NCBI GenBank assembly: GCA_963575745.1
Contig: CAUYUJ010000189.1
Coordinates: forward strand, 1-64,000
DNA length: 64,000 nucleotides
Reading direction: 5' to 3'
Origin: Prorocentrum cordatum
Lineage: Eukaryota
Shown: piece after piece, positions 1 to 14,670 of the stretch
How the letters are laid out: each line of letters opens with the position of its first letter
How positions within the stretch are numbered: the first letter of the stretch is position 1
The notes under the pieces: generated by a model
Told to the model about the DNA's origin: nothing
Database searches by the model: none
The model's input: only the letters and a program-made list of their open reading frames with translations
Position numbers and translations under genes: made by a program

Positions 1-479
1 GAGGAGGCGGAGGAGGATGCCAGTGCAGCCCACGCAACGTCACGCCTCAGAACGGGCCCGGGGGGCCACCCGCGACGCCGCGCTCCAGAGGCGGCCGGTG
101 GCGCAGGCCGCCCCTCCGACGGCACGGGGCAGCACGCCCAGCCAGCTGTGCCGACCTCGGCCACGCTGGTATTCAGGAGGGACAGAAACACACAGACACA
201 AGGAATCGTCGACTCTCCAGAAGATATTGGGAACTATGGGAGGTGGGGGGAAGACAAAAAAAAACCAGAAAATATGGGAGAATAGGGGGGATCCTTTGAT
301 TCGTGTGTATTTATTTGTGTGTGTCCCTTGGCCCCTTCAGGTATACCGTTAAGTCAGGCGTGTCCCCCTACGGGAGGAATACTAAACAATAGTCAGCAAC
401 CAACATAGTCAGAAACTAGTCTGGGGACGGTTTTCCGTTTTTTTGCTGTTGTTCTTGTTTTGTGTGCATATATATATAC

Positions 480-985
<506 letters not shown>

Positions 986-2463
986 TATACATATAACGGC
1001 GCACCGGGTCTGGGGGCCCGGGGCCGGGACCTCGACCACAAATGTGGGCTCCGGGGGGCCCGGAGGCTCGTCGGGGCTTGCCGGAGGCCTCCCCGGTCAG
1101 ACAAGACGGCCCCAGGAGCGCCCAAGACGGCCCAAGAAACTTCCAAGAGGCCTCCAAGAGGGCTCCGAGATGCTGAAGATGGCCTCCAGACGTCCAAGGA
1201 CGCCACCAAGAGGCCCCAAGAAGCCTCCAACATGCGTCCCAAGAGGGCCCCTAGACGCAAAAATTGGCCCATTCCCTTCGTAAAACGTACATTTTTCACA
1301 AAGTCGCCTTTTGGGCTTTCCGACGTTACAGGACGGCCCAAGAGGCGCCCAAGACCGCCCCAAGACGGCCCAAGAAGCTTCCCAGAGGGCCCCAGGACAG
1401 CCCAAGAGGGCCCCAAGACGGCCCAAGAGGCGCCCAAGATGGCCCAAGAGGGCCCCAAGACGGGCCCAAGAGGGGGCCAGAGGGGGACCACGAACCGCAA
1501 GCTCGAGCCTTCCGCCCCAAGAGGCCGCCAGGAGGCCCCCAGGAGGCCCCTCAAGAGGCCCAAGGAGACCCCAGGCGTCCAAGGACGCCCCCAACAGGCC
1601 CCAAGAAGCCTCCAACATGCGTCCCAAGAGGGCCCCTAGACGCAAAAATTGGCCCATTCCCTTCGTAAAACGTACATGTTCAACAAAGTTGTCTTTTGGG
1701 CTTTCCGACGTTACAGGACGGCCCAAGAGGCGCCCAAAACCGCCCCAAGACGGCCCAAGAAGCTTCCAAGAGGGCCCCAGGACAGCCCAAGAGGGCCCCA
1801 AGACGGCCCAAGAGGCGCCCAAGATGGCCCAAGAGGGCCCCAAGACGGGCCCAAGAGGGGGCCCAGAGGGGGACCACGAACCGCAAGCTCGAGCCTTCCG
1901 CCCAAAGAGGCCGCCAGGAGGCCCCCAGGAGGCCCCTCAAGAGGCCCCAGGAGACCCCAGACGTCCAAGGACGCCCCCAAGAGGCCCCAAGAAGCCTCCA
2001 ACATGCGTCCCAAGAGGGCCCCTAGACGCAAAAAATTGCCCATTCCCTTCGTAAAACGTACATTTTCAACAAAGTTGTCTTTTGGGCTTTCCGACGTTAC
2101 AGGACGGCCCAAGAGGCGCCCAAGACCGCCCCAAGACGGCCCAAGAAGCTTCCAAGAGGGCCCCAGGACAGCCCAAGAGGGCCCCAAGACGGCCCAAGAG
2201 GCGCCCAAGATGGCCCAAGAGGGCCCCAAGACGGGCCCAAGAGGGGGCCCAGAGGGGGACCACGAACCGCAAGCTCGAGCCTCGAGCCTCCGCCCAAAGA
2301 GGCCGCCAGGAGGCCCCCAGGAGGCCCCTCAAGAGGCCCCAGGAGACCCCAGACGTCCAAGGACGCCCCCACGACGCTTCGCGTCACGAATTTCTTCTCA
2401 CAGCGATTCCTGGGTCTGTGACTCGACAGAACCTAAGCGCGCGAAGCGCGCGCGTGGTTCTAG
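986..2463 (+). mobile_element. Non-autonomous Helitron-like element with 3 x ~385-bp CCAAGA-rich internal repeats
   Basis: Near-identical to 53444-55291 from TATACATATAACGGCGCACC to a 3' hairpin GCGCGC-GAA-GCGCGC followed by CTAG|T; unit marker CCCTTCGTAAAACGTACA at ~1275, 1660, 2046; no TSD. Confidence 0.65.
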
Positions 2464-2493
2464 TATGTATGTATGTATGTTTGTATGTATGTA

Positions 2494-2548
<55 letters not shown>

Positions 2549-2576
2549 ATGTATGTATGTATGTATGTATGTATGT
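2464..2576. repeat. (TATG)n/(TCTG)n microsatellite, continuing the tract upstream of the inserted element
   Basis: Visible repeat. Confidence 0.95.
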
Positions 2577-3499
2577 GATAGCTTTTGGATTTTTTATTTC
2601 TTCGCCCAAGATCCGCCTGTAGGGGGACGCCCGACCAGAGGCCATGCTGGTACACCAGTCGGGGGCGTCAAAGGTTTGGCTCTCGGAGGGCTGGTCGCCT
2701 CGGCGTGCTCTCCAGCAGCTGCGCCTCGTCGAGGCCTCTTCCGGGCTGCCTCTCGTCGCCCCGAGCGGCCGCAGGGAGGCCGGGCGTCGAAGAGGGGGGC
2801 GGGGACTCGATGTGTGTGTGTGGGTGCGATCCTCCTCGCCCTCCTCCTCCTCCTCCTCATCCTCATTGCTTCCTCCTCTGGGGGCCGCGGCTCGCGAGAA
2901 AATCGCGCCGACGGATGGCAGGAGGGGCGGCCCAGGCCTCCCCCGCGTCGTGCAACCGCTCACGAGGGGGGGGGGGGAGGGCGTGATACATCCTAGATTT
3001 CATGCCCCCCACTTCTTTCCAGGACAGCGCTGCAGTCGTTCCAGCTGGCCGCGTCGGGTAAACATCCTCCTCCTCCTCCTCCCTCCGCTTCTCGTCCTGA
3101 GTGGCGCCCCCCCCCCCCGTGCTGCTTCCTCTCTCCCGTCGGACTGCCCCTCTGTGCGTCCTCCTCCTCCTCTTTCCCACGCCCCTCGCTTCCAGCGAGA
3201 GGACACTGCGCGTGAACAACCCGCCGCCGGTGATGGCCGAGGAGCGCTTCGCATGGGGGGGGACACCCCAGGGGATTCTGGCGTACGTCGCTGTGTAACT
3301 CTTCGTAGGCATCCTGGAGGAGACTCTTATCCACACGAGTAAGAGGATGAGCTGTCCCCATATCCTAAGGATGGTGTTCTTGTTATTTCTGCATATCACG
3401 AGGATGGGGTTCTTCTTGTTACTCCGACCGCGCCGACTCCTTCCACACTCACCTCCTCCTCTTCCTCACTCAGATTCACACTCAGGGTAACTGCTTAGG

Positions 3500-4765
<1,266 letters not shown>

Positions 4766-4769
4766 GGAG

Positions 4770-5240
4770 CAGAATCGGAGGATGCCTCTGGCGAGGCGCT
4801 GGCTTCAGCACACCCAAGAGGGGAAGGGGGGCGCCAGGGGGTATCTCACTCTTCTGTTCGCGCTTGGATTGCGGGGATTTCTCGAGCGGTTTGCCTGACG
4901 TCCTCCGCGTTCGGTGCAGATGTTTAGGATGTCTCGAGCAAGGCGCTGGTTTTCGCAGACCCAAGGGGGGGCGCCGGGGCGGCATCGCACTCCTCCGTTC
5001 GCGCCCAGATTGTGGGGATGTCTCGAGCGGTTTGCCTGTTTGCGCCCTCAACATACTCCTCGTTCGGAGCAGATTTTGAGGATGTCTCGGGAGAGGCGCT
5101 GGCTTCCGCACCCCGGGTAGCCCATATTGCGAGGATGTTTCGGGTGGTTTGCCTGTTTGGTTGGCCAGACTCGCCTGCGTTCAGAGCAGATTCTGAGGAT
5201 GTCTTGGGCGAGGCGTTGGTTTTCGCACCCCTGGTGGTCC
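4770..5240. repeat. Diverged tandem repeat family (GAGGATGTCTCGAGCGAGGCGCTGGT core, roughly 120-160 bp units)
   Basis: Recurrent motif; also at ~3628-3660 and 6420-6790. Confidence 0.8.
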
Positions 5241-5659
5241 AGATTGCCAGGATGTTTTCATGATGGTGATCATGATAATCATTGTGATCATGATGATGGA
5301 TATGGCGACGATGACGATGATGACGACGAAGATGATGATGCTGCTGATGATGATGGTGATGATGGTGATAATGATGGGGGGAGAAGGAGCAGGAGGAGGA
5401 GGAGGAGGAGGAGCAGAGGGAGGAGGAGGAGGCGGTGGCGGAGGCTGAAGAGGAGGTGGAGGTGGAGGAGGATAATGAGGTAGATCCTTATCCACTCGAG
5501 TAAAGGGGATGAACTGAGGGGCAAGAACATGGTGATGAAATGATAAGATGACGATGAAATAGGAACCGATTTTGAGGATGTCCTCGGTACGCGAACCATG
5601 ATGTCATGATGTCCGTTGATCATGATCCTGATCAGCTGACGCAAAACCGCCGAGTAAGA

Positions 5660-6414
<755 letters not shown>

Positions 6415-6419
6415 AAGCT

Positions 6420-6790
6420 TTCGAGGATGTCTCCAGCAAGGCGCTGGTTTCAGCACATCCAGAGGGGGGGGGGCGCGCTGGGGGGTATCTCACTCCTCCG
6501 TTCGCGCCCAGCTTGCGGGGATTTCTCGAGCGGTTTGCCTAACATCTTCCGCTTTCGGAGCAGATCTTTAGGATGTCTCGAGCGAGGCGCTGGTTGTCGC
6601 GCACCCAAGAGGGGGCGCCAGGGGGTATCTCACTCCTCCGTTCGCGCCCAGATTGCGGAGATGTCCTCTGCTTTCGGAGCAGATTTTGAGGACGCCTCGA
6701 GCGAGGCGCTGGTTTTTCGCACCTCCCAAGGGCTACCGCCAGGGGGTATCTCACTCCTTCGTTCGCGCCCAGAGTGTGGGGATGTCTCAA
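6420..6790. repeat. Second block of the GAGGATGTCTCGAG repeat family
   Basis: Homologous to 4770-5240. Confidence 0.8.
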
Positions 6791-7624
6791 TCCCCTCTTG
6801 GGGCCATCCTGTGGTCGTCTTGGAGGCCTCTCGGGCCGTCTTACGGCCATCGCGGGCCATTTTGGGGCTATCTTGGGGACTTTTTCAACCCTTTTGGAGT
6901 GATCTTGGGGCCTCGGGCTCATGGGTCGCCCAGGGCGGTCGGCAGCTCGAGAAGGTGGTACCGCCGAAATCGCCAGCACACTAAAGCAGAGTTCTAGACG
7001 CTTTGCGTATCTCCACCAGCCCATTTCGGACGCCTCCTGCGCTTTCGCTTGAGGCCGCGAGAAAAAAAGAGAGTATCTCCACCAGCCCATCCAAAAACGT
7101 TGTCCAGGCGAGTTGAGGTGATCAGGGAAATGCCGGAGCAAAGAGGGGGACGGCCGAACCGTGCGAAGGAGGGAGGAGAAGGAGGAGGCTGGATGGATGA
7201 ATGAGGGAGTGGGGAGAGGGAGGATGAATAGGATGAGGAGGAGGAAGAGGAGGAGGAGAAGGAGGAGGAGGAGGACCAGTGGAAACCCACGAGTCATCAA
7301 TGATGTTGGAATCAACCCTCCCCCCGAGCTCCCTCTCCATTGGTCCCTACAAAGTTTCATTTTCACCGGGAAAACTGCCTCGTTGGAAGACAACCGTTGG
7401 AAGACCCTGAAGCATGCCAAAACAATATTCTCGGGATTCCAACGCCACGGATCAACCTGACTGTTGCGTCTTGACGATCTTGAATCGTGCCAGACAGCCC
7501 TTCCTGAGACTTCAATACAGCGAATCAGCTAACTGTTGCGCCCTCATAACCCTGAGTCCTTCCAACATCATTTTTGTATGCTGATCATGGGACCCCTGAA
7601 ACTTTTACAACTTTAAAAAAAACA

Positions 7625-8100
7625 AGTTTGCGCGGCGCCAGTGCGAGAGCCACATTTTGAAAACCTCCCGTCCTCAATCTATGAAGCTCCTTGTACACTT
7701 TCTAAAACTAAGAAGACTGCGTGGAGCTAAGGCGAGAGCCACACTGTGAAAACCACCCGCCCTCAATCCGTGAAGATCTTGTACACTTTTCAAAACGAAT
7801 GTGGGCGGCGCTATGGCGAGAGCCACATTTTGAAAACCTCCCGCCCTCAATCTATGATGCTCCTTGCGCACTTTTGAAAACGACTGTGCGCGGCGCTGAG
7901 GCGAAAGCCACATTTTGAAGACCAACCGCCCTCAATCCGTGAAGCTTTTTCAAAACAACGAAGGTGCGCGGCGCTAAGGCGAGAACCACATTTTGAAAAC
8001 GACCCGCCCTCAATCCTTGAAGCTCTTTTCAAATGTTTGAAACGAGTGCGCGCGGCGCTAAGGCGAGAGCCACATCAAAAAAACACCCGCCCTTCATGTG
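7625..8100. repeat. Minisatellite, ~6 diverged units of ~80-90 bp (GCGCGGCGCTAAGGCGAGAGCCACATTTTGAAAACC..CGCCCTCAATC)
   Basis: Recurrent motif. Confidence 0.85.
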
Positions 8101-8497
8101 TGAAACTGTTGCCACTTGTAAGCTCCAGGGTCATAAATGGTGAGGAAGTCTCAGGCGAAACGCCCAGCCCGCCCTAACAACTGGCCTCGGGGTGCGACCA
8201 GGAGAAGTTATTTATAAGGAAAAGGAATGGAGGAGGAGGAAGAGAAGGAGTGGGAGGAGGAAGGAGGAACAGCAGGAGGAGGGCTAGCAAACGGGCCAGA
8301 GGTCTCTTGGATGCCTCTTGAAGCCTCTTGGGGTATCTCTTGGGCGCTTCTTGGTGGCCTCTTGGGACGTCTTGGAGGTCTCTTGGCGGTCCTGGGGGGC
8401 CCTTGGGCGTCTTGGGTGCCTCGGGGGTGCCTCTTGGGGCCGTTTGGGGTCCTCTTGGGGGCCTCCTGGGGGCCTCTTGGGGGCCTCTTGGGGCCAT

Positions 8498-10645
8498 GCC
8501 GATTAGGGAGAGCAGCAATGGGTGGGAAGGCGGCTAATTATGAGGAAGAGCACGTCACGAGCCTCACTAACAAAGAAATCTGGTGGTTCTGGAAAATATT
8601 ACCCTGTAGCCAGGAGATGAGGATTAGGCGTCTTAAGCTTTATCAGACATGGGGTCGGCGTCCTGAACACCAAACCCAGGTGCTTGTCGCTCTTTTTGGG
8701 AAGTTTGATTTTGACACCAGGCCTCAGATTGTAGCAGGACGTCCATCCCAATATGCCTCGCCGTGGCTGCAGCAAATGGCCGCATATTTGAGCCAATCAG
8801 TAGACTTACTGCCAGACTGCAGGATCGAACCGATAGCTTTGAAGTTAGCCCTCTTCGCAGACAAGGAAGCGATGGAGGATTTCTGTATGATTGATTTCGC
8901 GGAGCTGAGGAGCCGAGGGTTCGGCAGGCGGGTCCCGCCTCCTGGATTTCAAGAGCTTGCTCCGTCGGTTGTTGTTCCGCCACCAGAGCGAGACTCGTCG
9001 GAAGTCCTCACATGCAGGCACAACAAAAATGGAGTTGAATGTGGAGCCAGTTTCTTTACGAGGCCCGCGTACCTATCACACATAAAGTCGGCACATCATG
9101 TTCGTAACCTCTACTTCGTTATCACACCGACGAATACGTGTATCAGCTGTCGTCAAACACTCGCTACACAAAGAACGGCCGCACAGCACTTATCACGCGC
9201 ACTTAAACGTGGAAGCTGCCAGAGAGAAGCAGCTCGTACCTTACTTCCTCTCAACATGCCCAGATCGTTGAAATTCTTATGCTGTGAATATGAGGGCGGC
9301 ACTCTTGAGGATCTCTGCAGCCATCTCTTGTCGAACCACTTGCCAGGAAGCATTGGACCGACCCCAGAGAGTCAGCCAGCGAGCAGGTCTGCCCGAGGGG
9401 ATGGAGCAGGAGCCGAAGCTCGTCATGCCGTCGTGGTTCAGCCAGTGCATCACCGCTGGCGGCGTCTCCAAGCCAGAAGACCAGCAGGACGAGGCGGTGG
9501 GAAGAGACAAGAAGAAGTTCAAAGGCGGCAAGGACGGCATCTTGCTGCCCGTGGTGAAGCTGGCGCTGACCAACACGAAGGACATCGCCGACCTCGGCGC
9601 CCTGCTGTGCACGAAGTACGAACTCCCAGTGGCAGTGGGGGTGGTGGCGATCAGCCAGCAAGCAGGCAAGAAGTACAACGACGACTCGGCGGCCTTCAAG
9701 GCAAAGGAAAAGGCAGGCGAGAAGCAGGATCACAAGGCAAGGGGCGCTGCTCACGTTCAGATATTCCTGGCAGCCTTCGGTTACGGAGCAGCGAGGACGG
9801 CGACGGCAGGGACCACGCAAACAGAGGAGGCCAAACTGAGCACGGAGATGCTCGAGTTCTTCAACGAGGTGCTGAGCAACTGCGACGGTCCGAACGCAGT
9901 CGGCCAGCTGATCACGCACTTCAGGGTGAAGTTGCACAAGAAGGAAGAGGGCACGACGCCGAAGTGTACGCCGATGTGGTACGTGGACCCGCGCCGCCAG
10001 CACGGCACGGTCGTGCAGCAGTGGCTAATCAAGCTCGTGGAGTTCGAGGGCGGCAAGAGGCTGGTGGGCGCCCCGCCATGCGGCCCGCTCGAGAGGGTCC
10101 TCAGCAAGTGCGTGGACGAGCGTACGAAGAAGTAGAAGGGCTCCCGAGAGTTTTACAGATGAGCTCGCGTTTGGCCGAGCTGAGGTCAAGAGGTTTTGTT
10201 CTCCCCCCTGCTCCTCCTGCCCCTCCGCCCTCGTCCTCGGCCCCTCCTCCTACTCAAGGTCCGAATGCGCAGCAGGCTGTTCCCGACCCCCCGATTTTTT
10301 CGGGCGGCCCTCCGACAGTAAATATACCCAGGAGGCCGCGGGGAGGGGGTAGGGGGGAAGGTGGCCGCTCGAGAGGCAAAGGTCCCAGCAAAAGGCAAGG
10401 GTCCGCGTACCTGGGGTCAGCCGAGCCTTCGGGGCGCTGCGTGCATCGGGCTTGTGCTGACAGGGTCCGCGCGGCATCTGGCCGAATGTGGATCGTATCT
10501 TTTCGCAATGCACGTCGGTTTCGTGGGTTGAGCCTCCTCAGGGAACAACCCCGTGGGCCGCTAAGGGTGCTTCGCATTTCGTTTTGATTCTGCGTCGCCA
10601 GTGCTCTCCTTCGGACCTGGCCCCCATGAACTAGAAAGAAAGAAA
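8498..10645 (+). mobile_element. 5'-truncated non-LTR retroelement copy: pol C-terminus with C2H2-like zinc fingers, a downstream ORF and an (AAAG)n tail
   Basis: GGCCAT direct repeat at 8492-8497 and 10646-10651 within a CTTGGGGCCATCTTGG repeat; AGAAAGAAAGAAA tail; frame-1 translation has C..C..H..H motifs (CRHNKNGVECGASF..HIKSAH, CISC..HL..C, CCEY..HLLSNH). Confidence 0.7.
9401..10135 (+). CDS. Hypothetical 244-aa protein inside the retroelement (C-terminal GAPPCGPLER motif)
   Basis: ATG at 9401, TAG at 10133-10135; strong G/C third-position bias, unlike the upstream finger region; non-repetitive, protein-like composition. Confidence 0.7.
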   Translation: MEQEPKLVMPSWFSQCITAGGVSKPEDQQDEAVGRDKKKFKGGKDGILLPVVKLALTNTKDIADLGALLCTKYELPVAVGVVAISQQAGKKYNDDSAAFKAKEKAGEKQDHKARGAAHVQIFLAAFGYGAARTATAGTTQTEEAKLSTEMLEFFNEVLSNCDGPNAVGQLITHFRVKLHKKEEGTTPKCTPMWYVDPRRQHGTVVQQWLIKLVEFEGGKRLVGAPPCGPLERVLSKCVDERTKK

Positions 10646-11259
10646 GGCCATCTTGGGACCGTTTGGGGCCTCCTGGGCGCCTCTTGAGGCCATCTTGGAT
10701 GCCATCGATCAAAGAAGAGGGGGGCTCGTTTTAGCGTTGCCCCCCCAAGAGGCCAAAATGGGGCCAAATCCTTTTGTAAAACTAGTAATTTTGGCATCCT
10801 CGCCGAGGCCGTTTTGCACGCCCTGACCGATCGCGACCGGCCCCGTTCAGGTCCAGGGGGGGGGGGGGGTAGGGGGGAGGGGTAAGCCCCTCAGGGTGGA
10901 AGAGGAAACTCCTTAAATCACCTACGCCCAGAGGGCTGGTGGGATCAGCGATTTTTGCGTCTTCGGGGCCTCTCGAAGTCTTCTTGAAATCCTCCTGGAG
11001 CGTATTGGGTGCTTCTTGTGTTGTTTTTTGGATTAGCGTGGGTTATCTTGGAACGTTCTTGGTTTGAGGCTGTAGTGTCTGTTACTTTTTTGCGTTTTAT
11101 CGTGGCGCTCGGGGGGGCCCGAGGCCGCGCCCAGGAGTTCCGGCATCTCTGATCCGACCCTGCCGGGACCTTGCCGGGACCTTGCCTGGACCTTGCCGGG
11201 GTCTTGCCAGGATCTTGCAGGGGCATTGTTCGTCCGCGGATTCTCAGGGGCCGCCACGC

Positions 11260-12740
11260 GCGAGCGAACTAGAAACATTATAGCACGCTTCTGGCCAGTT
11301 AGGCCGGCGAACTTGGGAATTGCGCTATCGCTCGAGACTTCCTCGCGATTAGTCCAGGGCTCACGCTTCAGCAACTCGCCTGATCGACCTCGTCGCCTGG
11401 GCCCGCCTTCCCGACCTGCCCGCTAGGGTTTGCCCGCCTGCTCTGCCCGTCTGGTTCTGCCACGTGTTTTCTGTTTCTAGGCCCCCTCCTGCTAATTCTC
11501 TCGTGCTCCATCCTTCTCCCTGCCCAATCCGTGTGTCCTCCCTTCCCCTGTTTTAGGGTCTACGCTGAAAGCACGTGGCACGTAAAGAAGACGTAGAGGG
11601 CGGATACCGAGGGTTTGGGACATACGTGTTAAATGGCACGCCAACAGATGAGAACGAACAGTCTTAAAGTTGTTGTTGGTGGTGTTGTTGTTATTGTTGT
11701 TGTTTGTGGTGGTGTTGGTATGGTTGTTGCTGTTGTTGCTGTTGTTGTCGTTGTTGTTGTTCGTGTTATTATTATTAGTATTATTATTATTCTTATTATT
11801 ATTATTATTGTTGGTGTTGTTTTTGTTGTTGTTGTTGTTGTTGCTGCTGTTGCTGTTGTTATTGCTGTTGGTATTGCTGTTGTTGTTGTTGTTGTTTTCG
11901 TTGTTGTTGTTGTTGTTTTCTTTGTTGTTGTTGGTGGTGCTACAACTGCTGCAACTGATGCTATTGTTGCTGCTGTTGTTTATGTTTTTGTTTTTGTTGT
12001 TGTTGGTGTTGTTTTTGTTGTTGGTGTTGGCGTTGGTGTTGTTGTCGTCGTCGTCGTCGTTGTTGTTGTTGCTGTTGTTGTTGTTGTTGTTGTGATTATT
12101 GTTGTTGCTGCTGTTGGGCTCCCACTACTGAAGAATTATTTTGGATCCCCCCCTCCGGTGACCATTGTGTTTTTTTCTATTGACGTGCTTTCCGCGGGGC
12201 TCGCACCTTGTTTTTTTATAAAGGTAAATCAATGGGCTTAAACTGGGCCCCCGGCCCCTGAGTTACAACAGCAACGGCTCCCGCCTGGTACTTCCTCGCA
12301 GTTTATTCCCAAATCACGCTCTCGCGTTGGTCTTTTTTCACAATTCATGTACGCATCGCGCTCTCGCGTGGGAATTCTTGCAATTTATTCAGGCGATGCG
12401 CCCCCTCGGCGCTCAGGAATCACGCTTTCGCTTTTACTTTTCCCACGTTTTACTTGGGAAACGTTATCGCTCGAGACTTCCTCGCGAGTCATGCGGGACC
12501 CACGCGTCAGCAACCCGCCTGCTCGACCTCGTCGCCTGGGCCCGCTTTCCCGACTTGCCCGCTATGGGTCTGCCCGCCTGCTCTGCCCGTCTGGTTATAC
12601 CACTTGTTTTCTGTTCAAGTACCCACCTCCTGCTACTTTCTCTCGTGTTCCATTATTTTCCTTCCCTCTTTCGCCCGTGCTCTCTTCCCTTGTTTTAGGG
12701 GCTGCACTAAGTGCACTAAGTGCACGTGGCACGTCGTCGT
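11260..12740. repeat. Modular interspersed repeat (GCTCGAGACTTCCTCGCG modules, ~100-bp head, (GTT)n tract)
   Basis: 11260-11590 resembles 12440-12735 and 16600-16860; the head at 11580-11670 resembles 15470-15570, 27075-27175 and 28685-28780; each head is followed by (GTT)n or (ATT)n. Confidence 0.75.
11670..12115. repeat. Degenerate (GTT)n microsatellite
   Basis: Visible repeat. Confidence 0.95.
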
Positions 12741-12864
12741 CGTCGTCGTTTTTTTTTTTGTTGGGGGGCGGGGTTTTTTTTTTGTTTTTGTCTTTGTTGT
12801 TGTTGTTTGGTTGTTGTTTGGTTGTTGTTGTTGTTTTTGTTGTTGTTGTTGTTGTCGTTGTTGT

Positions 12865-13610
12865 TGAACATTATTTCTTCTAAAGAATAATTATTGTTGG
12901 GGCCCCTGGTGCACGGCCCCCCCCGCCGCGCCTAGGCCGCAGCCACATTTTCATCATTTTCGAGCGAAAGCTCTTGACAAAACGATGTGATCCAGATCCG
13001 GTTGTTTTGTTACGGCCCGCTTTCCCTTGCAAAAAATAAGCTAAAGTGGACATTTCTTGTTCTAACATAACCAAGCTTCGCAAAAAATAAGGTAAAGTGG
13101 ACACTCGCGCGCGTAAGACGAAATCCTTCCAAAACCTTAGTTTTCGTAGCGATTTTAACATAAAAAACATCAAACAACCAATGTTTTTTTTTTTTTTTTG
13201 TCAAAATTTCATCCCGCGCGCTCTTGCGGATTCGTAGGAAACCCAACACTTTTTTAAACATTTCTGTCAAACGGGTTTTTGCGAGCAACTTTTTCGAACT
13301 TCTGCAACAACGGTTGCGCACCTGCCAGGGCCATCATCCCTGTCAAATAATACCATGCGGGACACATTCGTTTTTTCTTCGCGCGCGCACGCCGTCGTCG
13401 TCGGCCGCGGGGCCCTGAATAGTAGCCACGGTCGTCCGCATGCCACGAAGTGAAGTGTCCGAACGTCATAGGGCGGGAAGCTGGGTGTGGGTGGTGGCGA
13501 AGAGTCGTTTGGAAATTTGGTAGAGCTTGAACCGGCCCCCCCACAAAGTGGGGGTATTGCCCGCCTCCTATGAAAACCCTGGCACTGGTGAGAACGGAGT
13601 GTCCCCACGT
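12865..13610 (+). repeat. ~750-bp interspersed repeat module, copy 1
   Basis: Highly similar direct copy at 27186-28070, which carries ~150 bp extra near 27725-27890. Confidence 0.9.
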
Positions 13611-13831
13611 GCTAGTAATTGTTGTTGTTGTTGTTGTTGTTGTTGTGGTTGTTGTTGGTATTGTTGTTGCTGGTTGTGTTGGTGTTGCTATTATTTCGGG
13701 CGTAGCCCGAATTTGTTTCTTGCGAGCATAATTAACTGAACGGGACTGAACTGAGCTGAGCTGAACTGAACCGAACTTAGCTGAACTGACTGACTGAACT
13801 GACCAGACTGGTCGCACAGGTTACGCGACGG

Positions 13832-14670
13832 CTCTATTCTCGGCTGCCGAGGGAGCAATCTATGGCGCAACCAGTAGGAGACGGTTTTATTCTCGGCCGC
13901 CGAGGGCGCAACCTATGGCGCAACCGGTAGGAAACAGTTTTTTCTCGGCCGCCAATGGCGCAACCTATGGCGCAACCGATCGGAGGCGGTTTGGTCCTCG
14001 GCCGCCGAGGACGCAACTTGTGCCGCAACCGATAAGAGACCGTTTTATGTTTAGCCGCCGAGGGCGCAATTTATGGCGCAACCGATAGGAGACGGTTTCG
14101 TTTTCGGCCGCCGAGAAGGTTTTATTCTTGGCCGCCGAGGGCGCAACCTATGGTGCAAACGATAGGAGACGGTTTTATTCTCGGCCGCCGAGGGCGCAAT
14201 CCATGGCGCAACCGATAAACGACGGTTCTACTCTCGGCCGTCGATGGCGCAACAACCTGCGGAGCAACCGATAGTAAACAGCTTTATTCTCGGCCGCCGA
14301 GGGCGCAACTTTGGGCGCAACCGATAAACGACGGTTCTATTCTCGGCCGTCGAGGGCGCAACCTATGGCGCAACCGATACGAGACGGTCGTATTCTCGGC
14401 CGCCGAGGGCGCAACCTATATCGCAATCGATAGGAGAAGGTTTTGCTCTCGGCCGCCGAGGGCGCCACCTATGCCGGAACCGATCAGAGACGGTTTTTCT
14501 TGGCCGCCGAGGGCGCAACCTATGGTGCAACCGATAGGAGACGGTTTTATTCTCGGCCGCCGAGGGCGCAATCCATGGCGCAACCGATAGGAGACGGTTT
14601 TATTCTTGGCCGCCGAGGGCGCAACCTATGTCGCAACCGATAGTAAACAGTTTTATTGTCGGCCGCCCAG
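13832..14670. repeat. 53-bp minisatellite, ~16 units (TCTCGGCCGCCGAGGGCGCAACCTATGGCGCAACCGATAGGAGACGGTTTTAT)
   Basis: 53-bp period measured at 14551 to 14604; head-to-tail with no unique spacers. Confidence 0.92.

Noticed and set aside
6855..6872. SL-like GCCATTTTGG matches, also at ~47040 and ~10751 on the minus strand
   Set aside because: Short matches inside repeat families, lacking the CTCAAG end and any downstream coding remnant
8227..10587. The 786-aa ORF as a single protein
   Set aside because: Its N-terminus is repeat DNA outside the TSD; after ~9400 the frame stays open because the overlapping +1 ORF is GC3-rich, which removes T-initial stop codons
13420..13600. Possible tRNA-derived or structured RNA (GGTTCAAG-like motif on the minus strand)
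   Set aside because: No cloverleaf could be built and the motif is altered in the second copy
13832..14670. CRISPR-like array (regular repeats with internal palindrome CTCGGCCGCCGAG)
   Set aside because: Units are head-to-tail over the whole 53 bp with no unique spacers, there are no cas genes, and the context is eukaryotic
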